A stretch of 64,000 nucleotides of DNA from Campylobacterales bacterium (GCA_027023405.1 JALVVN010000038.1:19333-83332), one strand, 5' to 3'. Counted from the stretch's first letter, positions 7,570 through 17,155 are shown. Notes: generated by a model not told the origin, from the letters alone. Numbers and translations are program-made.

Positions 7570-9692
7570 GTCACATTGTTGAGATAGAGGTTAATGGTAA
7601 AGAGCAGATTTTTGAGATTGACAAGGTTGCGAGGCAGGCGAGCGGAGCGGTATTGCTCAGGGAAGGAAATGCTGTCATTTTAGCGACGGTTGCCTATGAA
7701 GAGGAACAGGTTGAGGAGGAGTTTTTACCTCTCACGGTGCAATATGTCGAAAAAGCGTATGCTGTCTCCAAAATTCCCGGAGGTTATATTAAGCGGGAAT
7801 CGCGACCGAGTGATTTTGAGACATTAACTTCACGGATTGTCGATCGGAGTATTCGTCCACTTTTCCCTGAGGGTTATCGCTATCCGACACAGGTGACGCT
7901 ATTGGTTTTAAGTGCAGATGAGCGTGTCGATTTGCAAACCATGGCTGTCAATGCTGCCTCTGCCGCACTCTTTTTGAGTGATCTTCCACTCTCTAAAGCG
8001 GTAGCAAGTGTAAGAGTGGGGCGAGTTGACGGAGATTTTGTTATCAATCCCGACCAGGAGATGCTCTCTAAAAGTAGTCTTGATCTATTGGTTTCAGGTG
8101 TGGATAATGAACTATTGATGATTGAGATGCGGACGATTGCCGGCGCTGTTGAGGGTGAACACGCTATCAATGAACTCAGCAGCGAAGAGACACTCGAAGC
8201 TCTCTCCATCGCAAATCGTGCGATTGCGGAGGCTTCTAAGCAGTATCGTGAGAGATGGTTGCCGTATCAAAAGGCACAGAGTGAGTTAGAGATCACGACA
8301 CAAGTGATCGATGAGAGTATTACGGAGTATATTCGTACACACTATGCGGATGCGATCAATCAAGCACTCCAAAGCATGGCAAAATCGGAACGCGCGATAG
8401 AACTACATAAAATTGCCAAAGAGATTGCCAAAGAGAAGGATGAGTGGGATGAAAAGCGTATCGAGAGTAGTTTGATGCGTGTCAAAAAAGAACGCGTTAG
8501 ATCGATGATCTTGGAAGAGGGAAAACGAGCCGACGGAAGAGGCTTGAAAGATGTGAGAGAGATCGAGATCGAAACCAATATTTTACCGAGTGTCCATAGC
8601 TCTTGCCTTTTTACGAGGGGACAAACACAAGCGCTCATTGCTTTGACCCTCGGTGACAGCAAGGATGCACAAAGTTATGATCTTCTGACCTCTAAAGAGA
8701 CACTCTATGAAAACTTTATGGTGCACTATAACTTCCCGGGCTTTAGTGTGGGTGAGGCTTCGATGCTCAGGGCACCGGGCAGAAGAGAACTCGGACACGG
8801 GAATCTTGCCAAACGGGCACTCGAACCCTCCTTTAAACTTACAAAAGGTCAAACGGTACGCCTTGTATCGGAGATATTAGAGTCGAACGGTTCCTCTTCG
8901 ATGGCGACGGTGTGCGGGGGTTCTCTTGCGCTACAAGCAGCAGGGATAGAGATCAAGAAACTGATTGCCGGCGTGGCGATGGGATTGGTTGTTGAGGGGG
9001 AGAAATATGCCATTTTGACTGATATTATGGGACTTGAAGATCATGACGGGGATATGGATTTTAAAATAGCGGGAAGTCGTGACGGAATTACCGCGCTTCA
9101 AATGGATATCAAACTTGGTGGCGTTGATCGTGCGATTCTCAAAGAGGCGATTGCTCAAGCATCAGAGGCGCGCGATCATATCTTAGATATTATGCAGCGT
9201 GCTGCTGATGAGATTGTACTCAATTCTGATGCGCTTCCATCAGTCGAAACTTTTGAGCTTGATAGCTCAACCTTTGGCGCCATTATCGGTCAGGGTGGGA
9301 AAAATATTAAAGAGATTATTGAACGATTCGGTGTCAAGATTGATCTTGATCGTAGTAACGGTGTGGTTAAAATTGAGGGAAGTGATGATATCAGTGTGAG
9401 TGAGGCAGCCGATTATGTCAAAGAGCTTGCTCAAAAAAGTAGCGATAAAAAGCGCGCTGTACCGGAGTTTAAAGAGGGACAGGTCTTTGATGCCGTAGTG
9501 CGTCGTATCGTTGATTTTGGTGCATTTGTCGAGTTGCCCGGCGGTGTAGACGGTTTGCTTCATATTTCTAAGCTTTCTGACGAGAGAGTAGAGCGTGTTG
9601 AAGATGTACTCTCTGAGGGTGAAAAGATTAAAGTGAAGATTTTAGGTCAAAACGGCAATAAAATTGAGTTAGGTTTTATAGAAAAAGTTTGA
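7566..9692 (+). CDS. pnp: polyribonucleotide nucleotidyltransferase (PNPase)
   Basis: Two RNase PH domains plus KH (GAIIGQGGKNIKEI) and S1 (GQVFDAVVRRIVDFGAFVEL). 708 aa, GTG start. Confidence 0.97.
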   Translation: MSHIVEIEVNGKEQIFEIDKVARQASGAVLLREGNAVILATVAYEEEQVEEEFLPLTVQYVEKAYAVSKIPGGYIKRESRPSDFETLTSRIVDRSIRPLFPEGYRYPTQVTLLVLSADERVDLQTMAVNAASAALFLSDLPLSKAVASVRVGRVDGDFVINPDQEMLSKSSLDLLVSGVDNELLMIEMRTIAGAVEGEHAINELSSEETLEALSIANRAIAEASKQYRERWLPYQKAQSELEITTQVIDESITEYIRTHYADAINQALQSMAKSERAIELHKIAKEIAKEKDEWDEKRIESSLMRVKKERVRSMILEEGKRADGRGLKDVREIEIETNILPSVHSSCLFTRGQTQALIALTLGDSKDAQSYDLLTSKETLYENFMVHYNFPGFSVGEASMLRAPGRRELGHGNLAKRALEPSFKLTKGQTVRLVSEILESNGSSSMATVCGGSLALQAAGIEIKKLIAGVAMGLVVEGEKYAILTDIMGLEDHDGDMDFKIAGSRDGITALQMDIKLGGVDRAILKEAIAQASEARDHILDIMQRAADEIVLNSDALPSVETFELDSSTFGAIIGQGGKNIKEIIERFGVKIDLDRSNGVVKIEGSDDISVSEAADYVKELAQKSSDKKRAVPEFKEGQVFDAVVRRIVDFGAFVELPGGVDGLLHISKLSDERVERVEDVLSEGEKIKVKILGQNGNKIELGFIEKV

Positions 9693-9700
9693 ATACAAGG

Positions 9701-9865
9701 TTAACCCAAATCTCGAAATAGAAATTCATGACTTTGCACCATCGCATTCTTGGGCTTTAGATAAAATTATCGCCGAACCTACAGGTGCGACTCAAATTTG
9801 ATGTAAATCCCATGAATGAGAGCATAATATAAATTCAAAGAATTCTATTTCGAGATTTGGGTTAA
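9701..9865. repeat. 165-bp element bounded by a perfect 23-bp inverted repeat (TTAACCCAAATCTCGAAATAGAA / TTCTATTTCGAGATTTGGGTTAA); MITE-like or a structured RNA
   Basis: 9701-9723 is the exact reverse complement of 9843-9865. Nested helices also form: 9724-9730/9811-9817 and 9734-9740/9784-9790. Confidence 0.9.
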
Positions 9866-9965
9866 TTTTAAGTTTTTTGCGCTATAATACCTACTTCAAA
9901 ATGATAAGTAGGGATACGCAAGCCGAACGGATTTTGAAAAACAATTTATTATGAGGAGAACTTCG

Positions 9966-10277
9966 ATGAAGAAGATTCTATTTTTGATGGTTGCAATTGC
10001 GACAGCAGCATTTGCAAGTGATGGTTCAGGTAGTGATATGATTAAAGCTTACTCTGTGGTTGCCGCAGGTGTGGGTCTTGGTCTTGCTGCGCTTGGTGGT
10101 GCGATCGGTATGGGGCACACAGCCGCTGCAACAATCGCAGGTACTGCAAGAAACCCAGGTCTAGGCGGTAAGCTAATGACAACAATGTTCATCGCATTGG
10201 CGATGATTGAAGCGCAGGTTATTTATGCACTCGTTATTGCATTGATCGCGCTTTATGCAAATCCTTTTCTAGGATAA
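9966..10277 (+). CDS. atpE: F0F1 ATP synthase subunit c
   Basis: AGGAGA at 9953-9958 with ATG at 9966. Two TM helices with GLGLAALGGAIGMG and ALAMIEAQVIYALVIAL. Confidence 0.9.
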   Translation: MKKILFLMVAIATAAFASDGSGSDMIKAYSVVAAGVGLGLAALGGAIGMGHTAAATIAGTARNPGLGGKLMTTMFIALAMIEAQVIYALVIALIALYANPFLG

Positions 10278-10288
10278 GCAAATTCTAA

Positions 10289-10313
10289 ACAAAGAGAGTT
10301 TTTCTCTCTTTGT
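10289..10313 (+). terminator. hairpin after atpE (10-bp perfect stem, 5-nt U loop)
   Basis: ACAAAGAGAG-TTTTT-CTCTCTTTGT. No U-tract after the stem, so terminator function is uncertain. Confidence 0.45.
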
Positions 10314-10325
10314 AAGCTACATTAT

Positions 10326-10410
10326 GCGATCGTGGTGGAATTGGTAGACACGCTATCTTGAGGGGGTAGTGCCGCAAGGTGTGGGGGTTCAAATCCCCCC
10401 GATCGCACCA
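10326..10410 (+). tRNA. tRNA-Leu (anticodon GAG), CCA encoded
   Basis: Acceptor stem GCGATCG/CGATCGC. Anticodon arm CTATC-TTGAGGG-GGTAG. Long variable arm. T-arm GGGGG-TTCAAAT-CCCCC. ACCA tail. Confidence 0.9.
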
Positions 10411-10433
10411 TTTGTTATTCTTTTTTTAATTTT

Positions 10434-11516
10434 TTATAGATCAAATTTTCTTGCTTGAATAAACTCCTTGATAGCCGTTTCATCTTCTTGAAAGATGATC
10501 CGATCGTTTGATTTTTCAATCTGATAATCATACATTTTATCGTAGTAGTGGCTGAGAAGTAGTATGATCCACTCTTTATGGCGCTCCAGATCGCCTGATC
10601 GTGTGTGGTTCCAAAATGCCTCTTTGATCTGTCGATACATTTTATCACCAAGCCGTTTTTTGATTCTATCGAGTGAGAGATCGACACTTTGATTGTAGTA
10701 GGTTTCAAAGCTATCTCCATAGAGATTACGATACTCATTGCGTGCTTTTATCACATATTCCTCATAGATGATTTCAACTCTCTCTTCCAAAGTTCGTTCT
10801 AAAATAATGAGCTGACCGAGCATGAGATTTTGATGAAGTGCTTTAGGAAGGTAGAGTCGTCCGATATGCTTTCCTTCATCTTCGAGTAAAATATGGTTCC
10901 AGTCTTGATGATGGAGTTGTATGAGCCGATAGGAGAGGTTGTTTTCAAAGTTGATTTGTGTCGGCTGTTCATCGATACCTCTACCAAATGCCGATCCACG
11001 GTGGTTTGCTAAAGCTTCCAGATCGAGACTATTTTGAAATTGATTGAGGAGGATTGTCTTACCGCATCCCGTTCGACCGCCTAATACAACCGGTATCAAC
11101 TTTTTACTCACCTCTTCCGTTCGTCGCATGAGAAAGTTACGAAAAGCTTTATATCCGCCCTTAAGACGGGGGCGATGCATACCCTGTTCTTTGAGCCATG
11201 ACTGTACGACGCGCGATCGTTGACCGCCACGAAAACAGTAGATATAGGCGTTGGGATGAGAGTCAAAATAGTCGATCCATCCTTTCATTCGCACCTCTAA
11301 GTGGGGTGTAACCAAACTTTTTGCCAGCTCATACGCATGCTCGTGCCCCGCCTCTTTGTAGCGTGTGCCCACAAGCTCTCTTTCTCTGTTCGTCAATAGC
11401 GGTAGATTGGTCGTATTGATAAAGGCACCGTTTTCAAACTCAATCGGAGCCCTTAGATCAAGTAACGGTGTTTCATTGATGACTATCGATTCAAAATCTT
11501 CGATAAACTCTTCCAA
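10434..11516 (-). CDS. selU: tRNA 2-selenouridine synthase
   Basis: Rhodanese active-site loop CFRGGQRS plus Walker A GGRTGCGKT. About 360 aa, as for YbbB/SelU. Confidence 0.88.
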   Translation of the reverse strand: MEEFIEDFESIVINETPLLDLRAPIEFENGAFINTTNLPLLTNRERELVGTRYKEAGHEHAYELAKSLVTPHLEVRMKGWIDYFDSHPNAYIYCFRGGQRSRVVQSWLKEQGMHRPRLKGGYKAFRNFLMRRTEEVSKKLIPVVLGGRTGCGKTILLNQFQNSLDLEALANHRGSAFGRGIDEQPTQINFENNLSYRLIQLHHQDWNHILLEDEGKHIGRLYLPKALHQNLMLGQLIILERTLEERVEIIYEEYVIKARNEYRNLYGDSFETYYNQSVDLSLDRIKKRLGDKMYRQIKEAFWNHTRSGDLERHKEWIILLLSHYYDKMYDYQIEKSNDRIIFQEDETAIKEFIQARKFDL

Positions 11517-12548
11517 TCAAACCACCTCTACAATCGTATCGCCTCGCGGTTTTGTTTCACCGATGGGGCTGAGTTGGAGTCCAAACTCCTTGGCGATTTG
11601 GAGAAATTCTGCCTCACTCTCCGCCTCGACAGCACAGAGCAGTCCGCCGGATGTTTGCGCATCGCATAGGATATCTTGTGCAATCGGATCGAGCGGTGAA
11701 ACTTTTGCGCCGTAACTTTCAAAATTTCTTCTGCTTCCGCCCGGTACACATCCCATCGCTTGGTACTTCTTGACTTTTGGTAGTAGAGGTACATCGTTGA
11801 AGCGTATCTGCGCACTGATCCCACTCCCTTCACACATCTCGATCAAATGCCCCAACAAACCGAAACCTGTCACATCGGTCATCGCAGTAAGCCCTTTGAG
11901 ATGAGAAACTTTGGCGCCGATCTTGTTGAGTGTCGTCATCGCTTCGATGGCGGGTTGGAGATCACCCTCGGCGATCTTGTCCTGTTTTTGTGCCGTGGTC
12001 AAGATGCCGATACCAATCGGCTTGGTGAGGTAGAGTTTGCACGCTGGCGTTGCACGGTTGTTGTAGGTGAGATGTTCATTCTTCACACGCCCCGAAACGG
12101 CAAGACCGAAGATAGGTTCGGGCGCATCGATACTATGCCCTCCTGCCAGTGGTATGCCTGCATCGACACAAACGCTTCGACCACCCTCGATCACCTCTCT
12201 GCCGATTTCATCACTAAGTTTAGAGACGGGCCAGCCGAATATCGCGATCGCCATGAGTGGATCGCCACCCATCGCATAGATATCACTGATGGCGTTGGTT
12301 GCGGCTATTTTGCCGAAGATAAAGGGATCATCGACGATAGGCATAAAAAAATCGGTGGTGCTCAAGAGTGAAGTACCGTCACCTAAATCAAACGCCGCCG
12401 CGTCATCCTTGCTCTCATTTCCGATGAGGAGATTGGGGTGAGGGGCGATTTCGAGATCACTTTTGAGGATCGACTCAAGCTGTTTGGGGGAGATTTTGCA
12501 TCCGCATCCTGCTCCGTGGCTGTATTGGGTAAGTTTTATATCTTTCAT
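11517..12548 (-). CDS. selD: selenide, water dikinase (selenophosphate synthetase), Cys-type
   Basis: N-terminal [11 protein letters not shown] motif encoded as TGC GGA TGC. AIR-synthase-like fold. AAGGAG Shine-Dalgarno upstream. Confidence 0.95.
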   Translation of the reverse strand: MKDIKLTQYSHGAGCGCKISPKQLESILKSDLEIAPHPNLLIGNESKDDAAAFDLGDGTSLLSTTDFFMPIVDDPFIFGKIAATNAISDIYAMGGDPLMAIAIFGWPVSKLSDEIGREVIEGGRSVCVDAGIPLAGGHSIDAPEPIFGLAVSGRVKNEHLTYNNRATPACKLYLTKPIGIGILTTAQKQDKIAEGDLQPAIEAMTTLNKIGAKVSHLKGLTAMTDVTGFGLLGHLIEMCEGSGISAQIRFNDVPLLPKVKKYQAMGCVPGGSRRNFESYGAKVSPLDPIAQDILCDAQTSGGLLCAVEAESEAEFLQIAKEFGLQLSPIGETKPRGDTIVEVV

Positions 12549-12594
12549 AACGACTCCTTAATTATTTGGGTATGATTATAACTCATCAACTCTA

Positions 12595-12603
12595 TGATAT
12601 ACT
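12595..12603 (+). promoter_or_regulatory. extended -10 box TGATATACT, 6 nt upstream of the HAD gene ATG
   Basis: TGnTATACT at 12595-12603, spacer TGTCAA, ATG at 12610. No Shine-Dalgarno sequence. Confidence 0.45.
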
Positions 12604-12609
12604 TGTCAA

Positions 12610-13080
12610 ATGATAACAATAGAGATACCACCCACACAAAAAGTTCAACTCCGCCATCTTGTCCTTGACTATAACGGCACAATCGCACACAACGGTCACT
12701 TGATTGCATCAATCACACCTCTCCTAAAGCAACTCTCTGAGCAGTTAAAGGTCTATGTCATCACCGCCGATACTTTTGGCACGGTGGAGGCGGAGGTAGC
12801 AGATCTCGGTGTGAGGGTGAAGGTGCTTGAGAGTGGGGATCATACGCAAGAGAAGGCGGATTTTATAGATGCACTCGGTTCTAAACATTGTATCGCGATA
12901 GGTAACGGTAATAATGATGCCAAAATGTTGCAAACCGCTATACTCTCGATGGCAGTTATCGGATCGGAGGGGTGTGCTCTCCAAACCCTTCAATGTGCTG
13001 ATTTGGTCGTCAATCGTATTGATGATGCGCTTGAGATGATCCTCAATCCCAAGGCGCTCATCGCAACGCTTCGTCGATAA
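12610..13080 (+). CDS. HAD-superfamily hydrolase (soluble P-type-ATPase-like, COG4087-type)
   Basis: Motif I LVLDYNGTIA and motif III IGNGNNDAKML. 156 aa. Confidence 0.7.
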   Translation: MITIEIPPTQKVQLRHLVLDYNGTIAHNGHLIASITPLLKQLSEQLKVYVITADTFGTVEAEVADLGVRVKVLESGDHTQEKADFIDALGSKHCIAIGNGNNDAKMLQTAILSMAVIGSEGCALQTLQCADLVVNRIDDALEMILNPKALIATLRR

Positions 13081-14370
13081 CTACTTCCTAATAATGCCAC
13101 TCTTTGTCATATTGGCGCTGTGAAAGATGGTTGTATGGTGTCGTCTGGAGAAGTAGCGAAGGAGTTGATACTGCAAAGTCGGTTCTACGGAGGGGGTAAA
13201 CCACGCATTGTTGCTGATGGCAAGCATAAAGTGCGGATCGCCGACAAAAAGCTCCTCTCTTGTCGCTTCGTAGCAGATAGCGTTGCGAAATGTTTCATCG
13301 CCGATTTGGATATCGACCGGCTTTTTCGCGGCGATATAATCTTCAGCACCGTCATAAATGATCTTATTGATGTAGTGGGAGATGAAACGAGGTAGGGGGA
13401 TTTCCTCACCAAAAGGCACCAAGACCACCTTGTTGGCAATCTGTACGCGCCCTTGTTGAAAATAGTAGGTGGAGTTGTAGGAGTCTTTGCCGTCAAAGTA
13501 GAGTGCACCGGTGACGATGGTGATCTGCTCAGAGAGATCTTTAAGTAGTTGCATGAGGTAGGGCTCTTGGTTGAGAAAGAGAGGAAAAGCACTCTCACTC
13601 AAGAGGACAATATCATACCCCTCATCGATCGCCTTTTTGATGGTTGCGAGATTGATATCGATAGCGGTGTTTCGGTAGCTATCTTCCCATTTAAGATTTT
13701 GAGGAGTACGAAGATCGGTAAGATAAATTTTTTGGTGCGGTAGCGGTGTAGGGGTGAGGGGTTGAAAATTGATTGCTAAGAGAATTCCCGCTAATGCACC
13801 GTATCGCCATCGATTTTTGAGCGTGATAAAGAGTGCAAGCGAGAGGAGTAAAGTGAGAAATTGCCACTTTTCTATGCCAAAATAGCTATCGATAAGTGCA
13901 ATTTCAGGTACAAACCAGTTGAAATTGAGTGGATGTAGTGCACTGATAAATGTAAATAAAATAGCACGAGGAATTGGACGAAAGAGCCCCAAAATCCAAA
14001 AGATCATTCCATATCCCACTGCGACAAAGAGCCACATCAGGGGCATCAGATAACTCACATCGTAGTAGCGAAAGGAGAGGGCGATCCAGTAAAACCAGAG
14101 CAACCCGGTAAACGCTCCATACCAAAAGAGAGTGATACGATCATAAAGCAGCAACAGATAGAGTGCGGAGAGTGCGGTGAGTGTGTTGAGTAGCTTGAGC
14201 GTCGGCGTAGCTTCAATACCCAAAAAAGCGAGATAGAGCCAAAGCGAGAGCAAAAAAGCGCCTAAAAAGCCTTTTGTTATCTTAGAAGTTGTAAAATATC
14301 CTCTTAAATTTCGAATCTTAAAGGATGGATATGGGCTCTCAAGCAAATATTTTAGCACAGTTTTTACCAC
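13081..14370 (-). CDS. lnt: apolipoprotein N-acyltransferase
   Basis: Multi-TM N-terminal half plus a CN-hydrolase domain (LSESAFP..., NAICYEATREE with the catalytic Cys). The listed GTG start at 14370 overlaps divergent yajC, so the true start is probably further downstream. Confidence 0.82.
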   Translation of the reverse strand: MVKTVLKYLLESPYPSFKIRNLRGYFTTSKITKGFLGAFLLSLWLYLAFLGIEATPTLKLLNTLTALSALYLLLLYDRITLFWYGAFTGLLWFYWIALSFRYYDVSYLMPLMWLFVAVGYGMIFWILGLFRPIPRAILFTFISALHPLNFNWFVPEIALIDSYFGIEKWQFLTLLLSLALFITLKNRWRYGALAGILLAINFQPLTPTPLPHQKIYLTDLRTPQNLKWEDSYRNTAIDINLATIKKAIDEGYDIVLLSESAFPLFLNQEPYLMQLLKDLSEQITIVTGALYFDGKDSYNSTYYFQQGRVQIANKVVLVPFGEEIPLPRFISHYINKIIYDGAEDYIAAKKPVDIQIGDETFRNAICYEATREELFVGDPHFMLAISNNAWFTPSVEPTLQYQLLRYFSRRHHTTIFHSANMTKSGIIRK

Positions 14371-14603
14371 TTATCGTTCTCTTTTTAATCTTCTATTTTC
14401 TCATCATTCGCCCGCAACAAAAGCAGGCAAAAGCACACCAAGAGATGATCAATAATCTCACCAAAGGGGATAAGATCATTACAAATGGCGGCTTGATCTG
14501 TGAGGTTGTTAAAGCTGAAGAGGAGTTTATCAAAGCCAAACTTAATGATGATACTATTGTGAAAGTTTCTAAAGAGTTTATCGCCAAAAAGATTGAGGGT
14601 TAA
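14331..14603 (+). CDS. yajC: preprotein translocase subunit YajC
   Basis: LPLIVLFLIFYFLIIRPQQKQAKAHQEM signature. AAGGA lies 5 nt upstream of ATG 14331. An alternative ATG exists at 14325. Confidence 0.9.
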   Translation: MGSQANILAQFLPLIVLFLIFYFLIIRPQQKQAKAHQEMINNLTKGDKIITNGGLICEVVKAEEEFIKAKLNDDTIVKVSKEFIAKKIEG

Positions 14604-14604
14604 G

Positions 14605-16173
14605 ATGAATTTTCGACTCATACTTTTTATCGTAGCGATCCTCTTTGGGATTGGCGGGTCACTTCCTTCCTTCTTGCAACTCGACAAAGGACCTAAAATT
14701 AACTTAGGGCTTGATCTTCAAGGTGGACTTCATATGCTCTTGGGTGTAGAGAGTGATAAGGCGATCGCGTCCAAGTACAAATCACTTGCCTCCTCCATCA
14801 AATATTACTGTGATAATGAGGAGATTATTATCGATGATCTCAAGATTGGTAAGGATCATGTCTCATTAAAACTACTAGACGGTGATGAAGCGCCGAAGTT
14901 GGAGAAGTTTCTCAATGAAAGTAAAACACTCAATGTAGAGAAAGAGGGGTTAAATTATACGCTCACCTTTACACCCAAAGAGGTGAAGTCGATCAAAGCC
15001 TATGCCCTGAAGCAGGCGATTGACACAATTCGAAATCGATTGGACCAGTTTGGTCTATCGGAGCCGACGGTGGCACGACAGGGGAAAGAGAATATTCTTG
15101 TAGAGCTTCCCGGTATCAAAACGGTTGAGGATGAGAAACGGGCACGAGAGCTCATCGCCAAATCGGCACATTTGCAACTTATGGCGGTTGATGAGGATCG
15201 CGCGGATCAAGTCAATCGGCTCTCCCCGGAAGAGGCGGCGGAGTATGGTGATGTGATTCTCCCGGATGCAAAAATTAAAGGACGAAAATATCTACTTCGG
15301 GAGGTGCCGGTCTTAGACGGTAGTATGTTGGTTGACGCGCGAGTTGCTTATGACCGATCCCAACAGCCCATTATCACCTTCAAACTCAACAGTGAAGGTG
15401 CGAAGATCTTTGGAAAATTTTCAGGAGAGAGTGTCGGTAAGCGGATGGCGGTAGTATTAGACGATGTGGTCTATTCGGCACCGGTGATTCGAGAGCGGAT
15501 TGGTGGGGGAAGCGGACAAATCTCGGGCGGTTTTACCGTCAATGAGGCGCATGATGTAGCGATTGCCCTGCGTTCAGGTGCACTTTTGGCACCGGTGAAG
15601 CTTTTGGAAAAGCGAAGTGTGGGTCCCTCTCTTGGAGCTGATAGTATCCGACAAAGTTTGATTGCGCTTGTGAGCGGTTTTGTTTTGGTCTTTCTCTTTA
15701 TGATCTTCTACTACGGCTATGCTGGACTTATCGCGGATATCGCGCTCGTGGCGAATCTCTTTTTGATTATTGCGATTATGGCGGCGTTTGGGGCGACTTT
15801 GACCTTGCCGGGTATGGCGGGTATCGTCTTGACGGTCGGTATGGCAGTCGATGCCAATGTCATTATCAATGAGCGGATCAGAGAGTTGCTCAAAGAGGGC
15901 AAAGGTGTGAGAACGGCTATTGAGAAGGGGTATGATAAAGCGATGACGGCGATCTTGGATGCCAATATCACGACACTCATTGCCGCGGTGGTACTCTATA
16001 TTTACGGTACAGGTCCGATTAAAGGATTTGCGATTACAATGAGTATCGGTATCTTGGCTTCGATGTTGACTGCTATTGTCGGTACACACGGCGTTTATCA
16101 ATATTTGATGCCGAAAATTCAAAAAGCAAAAAATTTCAAACGCTGGTTTGGGATTGATGCGGAGGTGAAGTGA
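14605..16173 (+). CDS. secD: protein translocase subunit SecD
   Basis: ATG sits 1 nt after the yajC stop. Periplasmic domain plus a C-terminal 6-TM bundle. 522 aa. Confidence 0.95.
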   Translation: MNFRLILFIVAILFGIGGSLPSFLQLDKGPKINLGLDLQGGLHMLLGVESDKAIASKYKSLASSIKYYCDNEEIIIDDLKIGKDHVSLKLLDGDEAPKLEKFLNESKTLNVEKEGLNYTLTFTPKEVKSIKAYALKQAIDTIRNRLDQFGLSEPTVARQGKENILVELPGIKTVEDEKRARELIAKSAHLQLMAVDEDRADQVNRLSPEEAAEYGDVILPDAKIKGRKYLLREVPVLDGSMLVDARVAYDRSQQPIITFKLNSEGAKIFGKFSGESVGKRMAVVLDDVVYSAPVIRERIGGGSGQISGGFTVNEAHDVAIALRSGALLAPVKLLEKRSVGPSLGADSIRQSLIALVSGFVLVFLFMIFYYGYAGLIADIALVANLFLIIAIMAAFGATLTLPGMAGIVLTVGMAVDANVIINERIRELLKEGKGVRTAIEKGYDKAMTAILDANITTLIAAVVLYIYGTGPIKGFAITMSIGILASMLTAIVGTHGVYQYLMPKIQKAKNFKRWFGIDAEVK

Positions 16174-17144
16174 TGGAATTTTTCAAGAGTACTAAAATTT
16201 ATGATTTTATGGCTAAAAGCAAGCTCTTTATGGCGATTTCGATTGGATTAGTGCTTGCTTCTTATGCGCTTCTTTTTACACGAGGGCTCCATTTCGGTAT
16301 CGACTTTGCAGGCGGTACAATTGTGCAGGTGAAGTATAAAGATACGGCGCCGATTCAAAAGATAAGAGATCTTGTCAAAAAGGATAAAGCGTTTGAGAAG
16401 GCGGTTGTGACCAAATTCGGTAGTGATCAAGAGGCGATCATCCGTATTCCGACCTCTACGGCAAGTGTGGCGAAAGATGTCGGTGACAAGGTAAAAAGCT
16501 TGCTTCAGGGGAGCGGTGACTTTGAAGTGAGAAGAACAGAGATGGTGGGACCGAAAGTGGGAAGTGAATTGAAAAAGAAGGGTCTTGCAGCGATGACTTT
16601 CTCTATTTTGGCAATCTTGATCTATGTGGCATTTCGCTTTGAGTGGCGTTTTGCTGTGGCTTCTATCTTGGCATTGGTGCATGATGTTTCTATTGCGATG
16701 GGGGCATTGGCGCTCTTTCAAGTCGATGTCAATCTCGATATTCTTGCGGCGCTCTTGACCATCTTGGGGTATTCGCTCAACGATACCATTATCGTCTTTG
16801 ACAGGATTCGTGAGGGGATCAAAGAGACTAAAGTTTATGAACTGTTTGAGATTATCAATGAGTCAGTCACCAAAACACTTTCAAGAACGACCCTTACATC
16901 ACTCACGACATTTTTTGTTGTTTTGACCCTCTTCCTATTCGGGGGAGAGATCATCTACGGCTTTAGCTTTACGATGCTTGTGGGTGTAGTGGTCGGTACA
17001 TACAGTTCGATCTTTATCGCTTCACCACTACTCAAATGGCTCGGATTTGATGTCGAAGCCTATAAGAAAAAAGAGGCCCAAAAAGAGAAGATACGAATCG
17101 AAAAAGAGAAGATGCGCGCCCAATTTGAGGGCGGTGTGGTCTAA
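16173..17144 (+). CDS. secF: protein translocase subunit SecF
   Basis: TGATG overlap with secD. GIDFAGGT motif. 6 TM. Confidence 0.95.
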   Translation: MEFFKSTKIYDFMAKSKLFMAISIGLVLASYALLFTRGLHFGIDFAGGTIVQVKYKDTAPIQKIRDLVKKDKAFEKAVVTKFGSDQEAIIRIPTSTASVAKDVGDKVKSLLQGSGDFEVRRTEMVGPKVGSELKKKGLAAMTFSILAILIYVAFRFEWRFAVASILALVHDVSIAMGALALFQVDVNLDILAALLTILGYSLNDTIIVFDRIREGIKETKVYELFEIINESVTKTLSRTTLTSLTTFFVVLTLFLFGGEIIYGFSFTMLVGVVVGTYSSIFIASPLLKWLGFDVEAYKKKEAQKEKIRIEKEKMRAQFEGGVV

Positions 17145-17155
17145 AAGGAGAAGAG

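Noticed and set aside
9728-9760. Mini-ORFs inside the inverted-repeat element: a 10-codon ATG ACT TTG CAC CAT CGC ATT CTT GGG CTT TAG on the plus strand, and an 18-codon ORF on the minus strand. These were considered as a possible type I toxin or leader peptide.
   Set aside because: They have no Shine-Dalgarno sequence. They are neither hydrophobic nor cationic like known small toxins, and too short to evaluate.
11517-12548. Possibility that selD is itself a selenoprotein (in-frame TGA), or that other TGA-interrupted selenoprotein genes are present
   Set aside because: The relevant selD codon is TGC (GGA TGC GGA TGC AAA). I saw no pair of adjacent same-frame ORFs separated by a single TGA anywhere in the window.
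14325-14370. Apparent 46-nt head-to-head overlap of the lnt and yajC coding regions
   Set aside because: This is most likely an artefact of taking the longest ORF. The lnt ORF is opened by a GTG at 14370 inside yajC. The real lnt start is probably a downstream non-ATG codon before the first TM helix. I could not pick it confidently, so I kept the ORF-track coordinate with a caveat.
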